This document shows, piece after piece, positions 36,801-43,752 of a DNA stretch of 43,752 nucleotides. The notes under the pieces are model-generated. The model was not told the DNA's origin. It saw only the letters and a program-made list of their open reading frames with translations, and searched no databases. The DNA is from Vicugna vicugna (lineage: Eukaryota): contig MU058582.1 of the NCBI GenBank assembly GCA_013265495.1, positions 124,001 to 167,752 on the forward strand, given 5' to 3'. Positions within the stretch are counted from its first letter, which is position 1; every line of letters starts with the position of its first letter. A program made the position numbers and the translations under genes.

Positions 36801-38472
36801 CTGAGCTAGGCTGCCCCACACCCCTGGAGGATGCCGGCCTCCCAGGATTGCGCTCCCTCAGAGGTGGGAGGAACTGCTCATCAGGGCCCTCAGTGTGTGG
36901 GCCGCTCATTCTTGGTGCACCTCCAGGCCCCTCTCCTCCCTCACCCCACAGCCACGGGTGGATGACGGTGACGACAGTGGCTCACATTCATTGCCTGTTT
37001 GGGATGGGTCAAGGACTGTGGAAATTATACCAACGTGTGAAAGGCACGGTCATATCCCCATTTTAGAGATGGGAGGCTGAGGCACTGAACAGTCCAGTAA
37101 TCTTCCCCAGGCTCCTCAAATAACCAAGCACTGGGGAACCAGGGTTTGAACCAAGCAGTCTGACCCCAAAACGTGTGCTCTTGGCCAGTTCCCCGACCTG
37201 TCCTACAGCCCCTGGCCTGTGGTCCATCATGTTGGTCACATGATCAGTTGCCATGTACATATGGCAGCCTTTTGGGGCCTGGCAGCTGCATAATAATGTG
37301 CTAGAGACCAGGCCAGGGTGTGCTGCTCACAACCGCCCGAACGTACAGGTGTGTGTGTCTCTGGGGCCCTCCAGGGCAGCACCCTGCCCTGTAACAGAGG
37401 CCCCTCCGGCACTGGCTGATGATTTCTGTCATCCCTGGTGCTGCCTCAGCCTCAGAGCAGAGCTGGCACAGAGGCTGCCTAGCGGGATGAGACACTGACC
37501 TGGTCACAGCACACACTGCTCGGAGCGTGCTTGTCTTGTCTCAATGAGGAACCATTCTCAGGCGCAGCCAGGCCCACGTGGGTGTGTGGAGCTGGCCGTG
37601 GTGCTGACCTGTGCCTGAGCAGGCCAGGGAGACCAGACACCCAGACACTGGAGGGCCATTCAAGGCCTGGAGGAATGAATGTAACTTTCCTGTAATTCCT
37701 AGACTTCCCTCCTTTCCTGGGGAAAACACCCGTGATGCCCCTTTCAGGGGCCCAGAGAGCTTTCCTTTGGGCCAGGCCGTGAGCCCAGTATCTGCCTGTA
37801 GAAGCACAGCACTCCCCAGGTGCTGAGGAGAGCAGAGCAGTTGAGGCTTCTTCCACCATCAGAGCAGCAGCCACTTGCCCTGGACCTGCAGTCGGGAAGG
37901 GGAGACTTGCCCGGTGACAGCTGGGCACCTAGGCAGGCTGAAGGCTCTGCCACTGCAAGGCAGGCCTGGCCCAGGCAACCCCACTCCACCCTACTGCACC
38001 CCAGGATGCACCCCAGGGTCCTGCTCTCCCATGTCTCTGAGGATGTCTGCTCGTGTTCTGAAGCTGGGGCTAGAGTGTTCTGCATATTAGGAGCGAGTCT
38101 GCTGGTCTTCCTGCTGGACTCACCACTGAGCCATCAGCCCCTAGGAAGACCTCCCTCCTGGCCAGCACCTCCTGACTGGCCCCTGTTCCCTCTGTTGCAG
38201 GCATATTCAGGGAGGCCCAGACCTGCCTCTGGAAGGCCTGGGACGTGTACTGTGGCCTGGAGCCACTGCCGAGCCCTAAAGTGGCCCCAGGAGAGGCCAG
38301 TGTGCAGAAGATGGAGCATGGTGACATATCTGAAGGGACAGAGTGTGGTGATGCATCAAAAGGGACAGAGCTCCATGACATCTCAGAGACGCCCTGCTTG
38401 AGAAAGTTGTCCAACATCTGCAGCTTCCTGCTGATTCTGCTCACAGTCTTCTGCTTCCTCTACTTCTCCTAG
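762..38472 (+). CDS. SGLT1/SGLT3-like (SLC5A1/SLC5A4-like) sodium/glucose cotransporter paralogue, 5'-partial; join(762..866,2254..2313,6763..6867,8343..8448,9937..10017,14101..14321,19632..19767,21929..22036,23212..23362,32293..32461,33469..33684,35819..35918,38201..38472)
   Basis: Manually assembled exons of 105,60,105,106,81,221,136,108,151,169,216,100,272 nt. All are AG/GT flanked and phase-compatible with no internal stop. SSS-family motifs: [96 protein letters not shown]. Too divergent to assign an orthologue symbol. Confidence 0.93.
1131..1228. repeat. Degenerate (TA)n/(TG)n simple repeat
   Basis: Alternating purine-pyrimidine tract tatatatgtacata...tgtgtgtatatatg. Confidence 0.7.
1240..1565. 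mobile_element. Non-autonomous TcMar-Tigger element (Tigger2a-like)
   Basis: TA-flanked; TIRs cagttcacccttgagcaa ... ttgttcaagggtcagct; Tigger2-type subterminal ggtccacttatatgcagatttt. Confidence 0.8.
2254..2313 (+). CDS. SLC5A-like exon 4 equivalent: [20 protein letters not shown]
   Basis: ggtttcag / gtgagt, 60 nt; resembles LGWLFVPIYIKAG of SGLT1. Confidence 0.9.
2570..4460 (+). mobile_element. Degenerate LINE-1: short ORF2 fragment, 5'UTR-like region and ORF1 remnant
   Basis: 3837-4226 translates to an ORF1p coiled-coil/RRM-like sequence ([17 protein letters not shown]...IVGVPEGEE), followed by [14 protein letters not shown]; boundaries approximate. Confidence 0.8.
4510..5635 (+). mobile_element. 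Old LINE-1 3' region (L1M), host to the 4644 SINE
   Basis: ORF2 C-terminal remnants (atgaaaagatgttcactatcattgatctttagg) and L1M 3'UTR-like end; boundaries approximate. Confidence 0.7.
4644..4789 (+). mobile_element. tRNA-Ala-derived SINE (camelid vic-1-like)
   Basis: A box tagctcagtggta, B box ggttcaatctcc, tRNA-Ala(AGC)-like body, AT-rich tail; perfect TSD aaaatgaaaagt (4632-4643 / 4790-4801). Confidence 0.9.
5700..6040 (+). mobile_element. MaLR solo LTR (MLT1-like)
   Basis: gtgactgtattttgagatagtctttaaaga..attaaggtaaaatga; cagccctgcagacaccttgaactt; end gcagtgctagcaaactga. Confidence 0.7.
6763..6867 (+). CDS. SLC5A-like exon 5 equivalent: [35 protein letters not shown]
   Basis: ctcctacag / gtgagc, 105 nt; VVT.P.YLRKRFG motif. 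Confidence 0.95.
7130..7606 (+). mobile_element. LINE-2 3' end
   Basis: gtcactcccctgcttaaaac, ctctggaatgttcttcccc, terminal (tgag)n-like tail. Confidence 0.7.
7853..8036. mobile_element. hAT-Charlie MER58-like element
   Basis: agctaagaagggtttttaca; aagcctatggcgtttactgtctgtcccttaacag...ttgccagcgcctg. Confidence 0.6.
8343..8448 (+). CDS. SLC5A-like exon 6 equivalent: [35 protein letters not shown](G)
   Basis: ctctttccag / gtgagg, 106 nt, hydrophobic TM pattern. Confidence 0.92.
9010..9140. mobile_element. MER20-like hAT fragment
   Basis: cccaggggatatttgg...tggagacatttttggtcgtcacagctgg...ggccagggatgct. Confidence 0.7.
9174..9650. mobile_element. TcMar-Tigger non-autonomous element (MER82-like)
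   Basis: Ends cag..cccccaacttac and gtaaccccatcataagtcaaggaaaacttg-TA; internal ggctaagccatgatg motif. Confidence 0.7.
9937..10017 (+). CDS. SLC5A-like exon 7 equivalent: (G)[26 protein letters not shown]
   Basis: cctattcag / gtaagt, 81 nt; GG.AAV.YTD SSS signature. Confidence 0.95.
10190..10380 (-). mobile_element. MIR SINE remnant
   Basis: Core ttattatccttattttactgataaggaagccga..gttaagtaacttgttca. Confidence 0.65.
10983..11314 (+). mobile_element. MaLR solo LTR (MLT1A/MST-like)
   Basis: TG...CA ends; ctgaatgtttgtatccctccaaactcataagttgaaatcctaaccccc; ends gactaagaca. Confidence 0.85.
11647..11981 (-). mobile_element. Internally deleted Tigger1 (both ends present)
   Basis: Tigger1 terminal sequences cagggttgccacaaaccttcagtttgtaaaaa...aataaaatgaggtttgcatg and ggagatgctatgggtctggttccagaccac. 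Confidence 0.85.
12110..13150 (-). mobile_element. Old LINE-1 ORF2 fragments
   Basis: Minus-strand L1 peptides GMRQGC..PLL and MKRCSTSL; T-rich. Confidence 0.7.
14101..14321 (+). CDS. SLC5A-like exon 8 equivalent: (A)[73 protein letters not shown]
   Basis: ttcttaag / gtaact, 221 nt. Confidence 0.94.
14965..15422 (+). mobile_element. LINE-1 3' end (L1MB-like)
   Basis: acagcattagtcacaatcaccaaaaagtggaa...tgtgctacagcttgggtgaatcttgaaaacattat..agtgaa; ends ttcactttaaaatggttaattatatgttacgtgaa. Confidence 0.8.
15570..18430 (+). mobile_element. Highly decayed LINE-1 ORF2 and ORF1-like remnants
   Basis: gatgaattaaagacttaaatgtgaaaagtaaaact; atcagggaagtgcagtttaaaaccacaatgaga; ORF1-like A-rich 17500-18070; boundaries rough. 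Confidence 0.55.
19632..19767 (+). CDS. SLC5A-like exon 9 equivalent: [45 protein letters not shown]
   Basis: ccttggcag / gtgatt, 136 nt. Confidence 0.95.
21929..22036 (+). CDS. SLC5A-like exon 10 equivalent: (D)[35 protein letters not shown]
   Basis: ctctctgcag / gtgagg, 108 nt; four loop cysteines. Confidence 0.95.
23212..23362 (+). CDS. SLC5A-like exon 11 equivalent: (G)[49 protein letters not shown](R)
   Basis: cttttccag / gtgaag, 151 nt; Na-site ASLMSSLTS. Confidence 0.95.
23640..23850 (-). mobile_element. MIR remnant (further MIRs near 22750-22900 and 36960-37190)
   Basis: caaatgaggggaaggtggctcagagaagggacttggtctgtctgagatcacatggtaag. Confidence 0.6.
24080..27580 (+). mobile_element. 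Nested old LINE-1 remnants: sense ORF1/ORF2 pieces, with an antisense L1 insert at about 25610-26330
   Basis: RT-region motifs (ggaaatacaaggatggttcagtattaggaaa; caggaatgcaagaatag); ORF1-like 24620-25440; antisense [22 protein letters not shown]. Confidence 0.75.
27583..28132 (-). pseudogene. TAF9: Processed pseudogene of TAF9, 3'-truncated, with an AK6-derived 5' leader, interrupted by a SINE
   Basis: Minus strand from 27987: (AGG for ATG)[43 protein letters not shown] ...[SINE]... [29 protein letters not shown], the TAF9 histone fold. Upstream 28103-28005 reads [12 protein letters not shown] ... INVGDLARE-like, the AK6 N-terminus. Confidence 0.92.
27688..27835 (+). mobile_element. tRNA-Ala-derived SINE (vic-1-like) inserted into the TAF9 retrocopy
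   Basis: Same body and aataaacctaattacc tail as the 4644 copy; TSD aattgtgttca (27677-27687 / 27836-27846). Confidence 0.92.
28140..30850 (-). mobile_element. Old antisense LINE-1 (5' region, ORF1, start of ORF2)
   Basis: T-rich; aaaggaccaacttttggatttgttgat, tttgctggatacagaattctgggttga, tctgatgagaaatca. Confidence 0.8.
31157..32204 (+). mobile_element. Younger 5'-truncated cetartiodactyl-type LINE-1 3' portion
   Basis: Well-preserved ORF2 C-terminus (aaatgggacctaattaaactt...gcacagcaaaggaaacc) and 3'UTR (atagcacagggaactatattcaatacctt); candidate TSD ctagctaata/ctggctaata. Confidence 0.9.
32293..32461 (+). CDS. SLC5A-like exon 12 equivalent: (R)[56 protein letters not shown]
   Basis: aacttacag / gtaggt, 169 nt. 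Confidence 0.95.
32600..33230 (-). mobile_element. LINE-2 remnant
   Basis: aagtgaccttgaacctgaatcctgaaggatg...gagtgcaaaggccc; ttggacacatcacctttgagatgcctatt. Confidence 0.65.
33469..33684 (+). CDS. SLC5A-like exon 13 equivalent: [72 protein letters not shown]
   Basis: cctttggcag / gtaagt, 216 nt. Confidence 0.95.
35819..35918 (+). CDS. SLC5A-like exon 14 equivalent: [33 protein letters not shown]
   Basis: ctccccctag / gtgaga, 100 nt. Confidence 0.93.
38201..38472 (+). CDS. SLC5A-like terminal coding exon: (G)[89 protein letters not shown]
   Basis: ctgttgcag acceptor; D.YCGLE motif and terminal TM ending YFS-stop, like SGLT1 YFA-stop. Confidence 0.93.
38308..38388 (+). repeat. Degenerate coding tandem repeat, 3 x 27 bp ([27 protein letters not shown])
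   Basis: Units aagatggagcatggtgacatatctgaa, gggacagagtgtggtgatgcatcaaaa, gggacagagctccatgacatctcagag. Confidence 0.8.
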
Positions 38473-39286
38473 GGCGGCCGGCCCTGGGCGCTGGGGAGCG
38501 GGCAGCCACTGCCTCTCACAGACGCCCTTGTCGAGGGGAGGAAGCGCATCCGGCCGGGAGGCCATGGACCAGGGACCGAGGATCACATTGATGGAAACGC
38601 GCCCTCTGTCACGCGGCACGTGCCAGCAGCTGCAGGGCGTGTGGGCCGACAGGGCAGTGAAGCCCATCGGCGAGTGCAGAGACTGCAAATGAGAACGTCT
38701 GTTCCCTTGTGAAATGACTCATTCTCTCCAAATGGCTCTACTGCACAAACACTGACTTCCACTTTAAATTTGATTTTGGCTTTTTATCTCTAGATATATT
38801 TGGGGGTTTTGCTTGTGTTTACTTTACTGTCACCATTTTCTTCCCGTACCCACCTTCTGTTTGTTTGCTGTGTTCTCTCCTCCTCTGTAAAGGTATGGCT
38901 GCTGGAAAGATGCTCCTCCCCACACCAGGGTCCCACCCACAGGGGCGTGCCCGTTGCTGGTGACCACACAGGCCAGCTGGCGCCAGACCTGCTGGATGAA
39001 AATCTTGGCTCCTGCCTGGACCAGTGTGGGCTGAGGCAGTCCCTGCCCAAGCAGTGGGCCTCCCTCCAGCTCGGCACTGCCTGGCTGCACCCCTGGGTGG
39101 CAGGTGGGGAGGACACTCTCCTCCTTACGGAGCTCTTCCCAGTCGCTTCAGTCGGCCTGCTGTTGGGACTCTGCTAGGGGTTGGGTGCAGGGTTAGATTC
39201 CCTTTAGCTGCCAGGTATAGGCCGCTCCAGGCTGTTTCCTTAGGGGCTTCTAAGCCACTCCTTCCTCTTCTTTCTTCTCAGACCAA

Positions 39287-39292
39287 AATAAA
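39287..39292 (+). terminator. Candidate poly(A) signal of the SLC5A-like gene
   Basis: First AATAAA I found after the stop codon, about 815 nt downstream. Confidence 0.55.
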
Positions 39293-39995
39293 TGATTCAT
39301 GTCTTTAGAAAAAGTTTCAGATGCTTTGAAGTGATCTTGGTAGGGGGCCCACCTAGCACTGCAGAAGTCACACTCTGAAGGAGCACTCGGGACCAGCCCC
39401 TCAGCCCTTGTTTAGTCCTTCAGCTGACATTTTTGACTGCCTGCTGTACTGTGTGCCAGCCACTGCTCGGGGCAGTCCTGGATGAGCCTGTGGTCTGTGA
39501 GGGCAGCAGACAGTGAATGCCAGCAGTGATGGCCAGCATCCCAGGTGGCCTGTGGTTTTCCTACCCAGGTTGTCACATGCCAGCTGTGGAGCCACCCCAC
39601 GTGGAAGGATTAGAACCAACCACATTCCACAGAGGAGGAGACGGAGGCTCAGCAAGGGAACCTAGAAAATGGGGAGTGGGCACAGGCCTGGAGCGAGGCC
39701 ACGCACCGGCCCTGCAGGCACATGCACACTGCAGGAGGGCCCACAGGAGAAGGCCTCCCGTGACTGAAGCAGGAGGGCATCTAGCTGATCAGCGGGCAAC
39801 GTGTGGGAAGACACGGCAAGGCAAGAGTGCGAGGAGGCCTGTGCACAGTAGAACTGTGGGCTCAGGGAGGGCAGAGTGGGCAGGGCCCGACCTGCAGGCC
39901 TCAGATGCTTTAGGACCCCGAGTCCCTGGGATCTTCGGCTGGAAGTGATAGGGTCAGGTTTGCTGGATGCTGCTGGAAAGACGAAAGGGAGGCAG

Positions 39996-40389
39996 CTCTT
40001 TGGTCTTGCCCACAGAAGCAAGGTGAGGAAGTCAAGGTCATCGTTTGGAAAGGGCTGGAACAAGAAACACACATCATGCTGCCGATGTGGCTCTAAGGCC
40101 TACCACCTTCAGAAGTCGACCTGTGGCAAACGTGGCTACCCTGCCAGCGAAAGAGAAATTATACCTGGAGTGCTAAAGCTGAAAGACGAAATACCACCAG
40201 GACCGGCCGAATGAGGCACCGAAAAATTGTATACTGCAGATGCAGGCATGGATTCCGTGAAGGAACAACACCTAAACCCGAGAGGGCGGCTGTTGCAGCA
40301 CCCAGTTCATCTTAAAGGTTTCAGTGATTAGTCATGCAATAAATGTTCTGGTTTTGGAAAATGAAAAATAATTAATTAAAAAAAAAAAA
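39996..40389 (+). pseudogene. RPL37: Processed pseudogene of 60S ribosomal protein L37
   Basis: TOP-like ctcttt start; GTG at 40023 replaces [32 protein letters not shown], then a 1-nt deletion near 40146; downstream frame gives GRMRH.KIVY...[24 protein letters not shown](40315); AATAAA 40338-40343; A-tail; degenerate TSD aaagacgaaag/aaagatgaaag. Confidence 0.96.
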
Positions 40390-40679
40390 GATGAAAGAGA
40401 CAGAAACACCCACCAGGAGGGTATTAGAGGACTCCAGGCGAGTTAGCAGCAGAGAACCAACAAGGGAAAGGCATCAAGAGAAGCCAGCAAGTAGAAGAGA
40501 CAGGACTTGAGTGACTAGACTTCCAGAGGAAGCGACTGGCTCAAGCACGTGAGCAAAGGGCGCACCAGTTCCAAAGACAGGCCGCACTGGAAAGGAGCAG
40601 GTGCGAGTGAAAAATGGAGCACCTTTTAGGACATGCTGAATTTGAGCTGCATGAAGATACTTATTGCTGCCGCGACAGT

Positions 40680-41800
40680 AGAAGTATTCTGATCCATGAA
40701 CATGGGATGTCCGCCCAGTTATTTAGGTCCTCCTTGATTTCTTTCAACAATGTTTTGTTTTCAGCACTCAAGTTTTGCACTTCTTTTTATTAAATTGATT
40801 CCTAGGTGTTTTCTTCTTTTTGATGCTACTGTAAATGGAATTGTTTTCTTTCTTAAAAATTGAGGTATAGTTGATGTACATTATAAGTTACAGGTGTACA
40901 ACATAGTGATTCACAATTTTTAAAGGTCCTGTCCCATTTATAGTTATTATAAAATATCGGCTATATTTCCTGTGTTGTACAGTATTTCCTTGTAGATTAT
41001 TTTATATGTAATAGTTTGTACTTCCTAATCCCTACCCCTTTTCTTAATTACATTGTTTACTGCTCATATACAGAAAAACAATTTTTGTATATTGCTCTTG
41101 GATCCTACAACTTTCCTGAACTCATTTATTAGTTCTAATATTTTTATGTGTATTCCTCAGGATTTTTCATATATAAAATCATGTAGTCTGCAAGGAGAGA
41201 TAGCTTACTTCTTTCTTTCCAATCTGGGTGCCTTTTATTTCATTTTCTTGCCAAAACTGCCAGTACAATGGCCAGTAGAAGTAGTAAGAGCAGGCATCCT
41301 GGTCTTGTTCCTGATCTTAGGGGGAAGCATCTAGTCTTTCACTATTGAGTGTGGTGTTAGTGGTAAGTTTTTGCAGATGTTATCATGTTGAAGAAGTTCT
41401 CCTCTGTTCCTACTTTGCTGAGAGTTTTTGTTTAAGTTTTGGCTTTGGGTTTTTTTTTTTATGAATGGTTTTTGGATTTAGTCAAATGCTTTCTCTGTAT
41501 TATTAAGATGATCATGGGTCTCTGTCCTTTATTCTATTTACATGTTACTTTGATTCATTTTCATATGTTAAACCAAACTTGCATTCCCGGGATAAATTGG
41601 TCACGGTGTATAATACTTTTTTATGTGGCTGGATTTGGTTTGCTAGTATTTGGTTGAGTTTTTGTGTTTATATTCATAAAGGATATTGGTCTGTAGTTTT
41701 CTTTCCTTGGGATATTAGCCTCATGGAACGAGTTGGGAAGTGTTGCCTCCTATTCAATTTTTTTTTTACTAGTTTGTGAAGGATTGGTATTAATTCTTGC
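40680..41800 (-). mobile_element. Antisense LINE-1 ORF2 fragment with a nested short L1 3' end (about 40855-41040)
   Basis: gatccatgaacatgggatgtc, gggcatcct-like motif ggcatcctggtcttgttcctgatcttagggg; nested piece flanked by ttttctt. Confidence 0.8.
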
Positions 41801-43387
41801 CTGGAGTGTTAAATTGGACAGGAGATGGACTGGCACTAGAGACCCAGATTTGGGGGAGAGAGGACAGTGGGCTGGCCTAGCTAAGGGGAATCTGGTAGAG
41901 GAGGCCCTGGTCAGGCAGATGAGATTGTGCGGGAGAGCAGAACAGAGCTGTGAGAAGCACCAGCACCCCTCGTCAGGTCAAAAAAGAGGGCTCTTTACAA
42001 AAGACACCAAGTGGGCACAGCCACGGCCCTGGGAGGAGGTCCAAGACAGCCACCACAGGAAGGGAGCACTGGCATCCAGGCCACCGCGTGGGCCAAGCAC
42101 AAAGAGCATGGGGTCTTGGCAGCAAGGAGGCCAGAGCCCTTGGACCAGAGCCCCTCGAGGTGGGGGGATGGGGTGGAGCCAGCCTGCTGCAGCTGAGGCA
42201 GGGTGGGGACATGAGGACATGGAGCCCCTCAAGCACCTGTTTTCCTGAAGGAGGAAAGATTTCCTCTTTTGGGACCTCTTTCGAGAATGAGATTTAACCT
42301 GAAACTGCAGCTGAGCCCAGCAGCCAGTCCTTCTTGGAACAAGGGGGCCTGCTTGGGCCGGTTCTGCAATCCCAGGGACACAAACATCTCTGTGTTTCTT
42401 CTAGGAGAGCAAAGGCCCCAGTCACAGAAAGGACTGCAAGAAGGCACTCACCTGGGGTTCTGGTTCTGCAGGGACTGCCTATCTGCGGAGGCTCTGTCCT
42501 AGCAAGCACGGCTGCTGGTTGGTGACATAATGAGGGAGACTCCTGTGAGGCGGGGAGCGCAGAAAGCTCCCGGAGAGAGCAAGGCTCCCGCTCAGCCCCG
42601 ACAAGTGAGTCCAGCCCTGAAGCTGAGTGGCTTCTGCAGTCTCTCCAACAGAGGTCAGAACCCTGCCGAACTGGGCAGGGGGGCCGGGAGACCAGGGAGT
42701 CCCCATGCCTCCTCCCCCACAAGCCTGGCTTCTCCTTCCTGCCAGGCTCTCTGGCCTCTTAGCCAGTTTCACTGCGGGAGAATGGAGGCAGGGGGAGGCA
42801 CAGGTGGGAGGCTCCCCCAGGCCGCCTGGGACCCAGCAGGCAGCAGGGGGAGGGCTGGGGGCGTGGCCGGCCTTAGCTTACTTAGGTGACTTGGCTTTGG
42901 AGAACCCAGCTGTTTGGGGGATGATCTTAAGGAAGCTACCCTGTTCTGAGTGCACATCCATGGGGTGGGGCTGAGGGCCTCTTACAACTCACCCTCCTCC
43001 AGGCAAGAGCCCGCAGGGAATGGCACCTGTGTCCTTGTCAACCAAGGTGAGAAGAGGCAGATCTGGCAAGCAGGGCCGTGCCAGCCACACCCACCCCAAG
43101 GTCACTCGAGTGTCTGGCTTGGGTGGTGCCTAGTCCAGCTGTGCTCCTTCCCCACCTGGCTCCCTGCCCCCACCTTGTCCCTAGAGGCTCGGCCCTGCGC
43201 TCTCCCTTCCCAGGGTACTCCTGGCCCCAGCAGGGAGCAGAGATACCTCGCACCTGTCCCTGGGCCTGGGTTCAGCCCATGCCTCCCAGTCCTTCCAGGC
43301 TGGGCATTCTCCCTTTGGCCAGAGAGAGGAGAGACCATGTTAGGAACATCAAGTGTCGGTCAGACCCAGGGGAGGGGATACAGTGCG

Positions 43388-43393
43388 TTTATT
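43388..43393 (-). terminator. RSPH14 poly(A) signal AATAAA
   Basis: tttatt on + strand, 36 nt past the stop codon. Confidence 0.8.
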
Positions 43394-43429
43394 CAGGCAT
43401 GGAGTCAGCAAGTTGGCCTGCTAGGAGGC

Positions 43430-43668
43430 TCAGGGCTTCCACTCAATGACTTGGATGGCGATCTGGGCTGCCTGCCGCACGGCTGCGCTGGCGTCCTTCT
43501 CAAGGGCGCGGAAAGTGGGCACGTGGGCCTGCAGGAGCTTGCGGCCCTCGGGGGCCTCAGCCAGCATGGTGAGGGCCTTGATGGCGTTCAGGCGCACCTT
43601 GCTAGAGGACAAGTGCAGCAGCTCCAGCAGCGGACGGATGGCTTCTGCGTCCAGGGCCGCGTACTTCC
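43430..43668 (-). CDS. RSPH14: Radial spoke head 14 homolog (RTDR1), last coding exon: (G)[78 protein letters not shown]
   Basis: Minus-strand acceptor cccacAG (43670-43669); [18 protein letters not shown] and VIE.KP C-terminus characteristic of RSPH14 armadillo repeats. Confidence 0.93.
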
Positions 43669-43752
43669 CTGTGGGCCACCAACACCACGTATTCCCGGGG
43701 GCCTCTGCCCTCCTCCCTCGCCCCCAGCCCTCCCCAGCCTCCCTCTCCCCGG

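Noticed and set aside
762..38472. Calling the gene SLC5A1 or SLC5A4 outright, or calling it a pseudogene
   Set aside because: Too divergent from either recalled orthologue to name without a tree; no stop, frameshift or non-canonical splice site found in 13 exons
39876..40214. 112-aa ORF with a zinc-finger-like motif as a novel chimeric gene
   Set aside because: It is flanking sequence running into the frameshifted RPL37 retrocopy, with a non-ATG start
1..43752. CRISPR arrays, prokaryotic defence systems, rRNA genes, intact transposases
   Set aside because: Mammalian intron-exon DNA; no repeat-spacer periodicity or long intact mobile-element ORF seen

Overview
Mammalian genomic DNA, most likely camelid (two tRNA-Ala-derived vic-1-like SINEs and a cetartiodactyl-type L1 3' end). 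The window holds 13 coding exons (equivalent to exons 3-15) of a + strand SLC5A/SGLT-family Na+/sugar cotransporter gene; exons 1-2 lie upstream of the window. All introns are GT-AG, the frame is open (1830 nt, 609 aa + TAG at 38470-38472), and exon sizes match SLC5A1/SLC5A4 as I recall them. The protein is a divergent paralogue. It keeps most sugar/Na+ ligands and disulfides but has R300G and R379Q equivalents, a changed TM6/TM10 pocket, and a 3x9-aa tandem expansion near the C-terminus. It converges on the last exon of RSPH14 (- strand). Other content: a TAF9 retrocopy that carries AK6-shared 5' exons and is split by a SINE, an RPL37 retrocopy, and many L1/L2/MIR/MaLR/Tigger/hAT remnants. 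Most ORFs in the supplied track are spurious. I see no wholly new biological system; the atypical SGLT paralogue is the best candidate for undescribed biology. All human reference sequences and numbering are from memory, not from a search.
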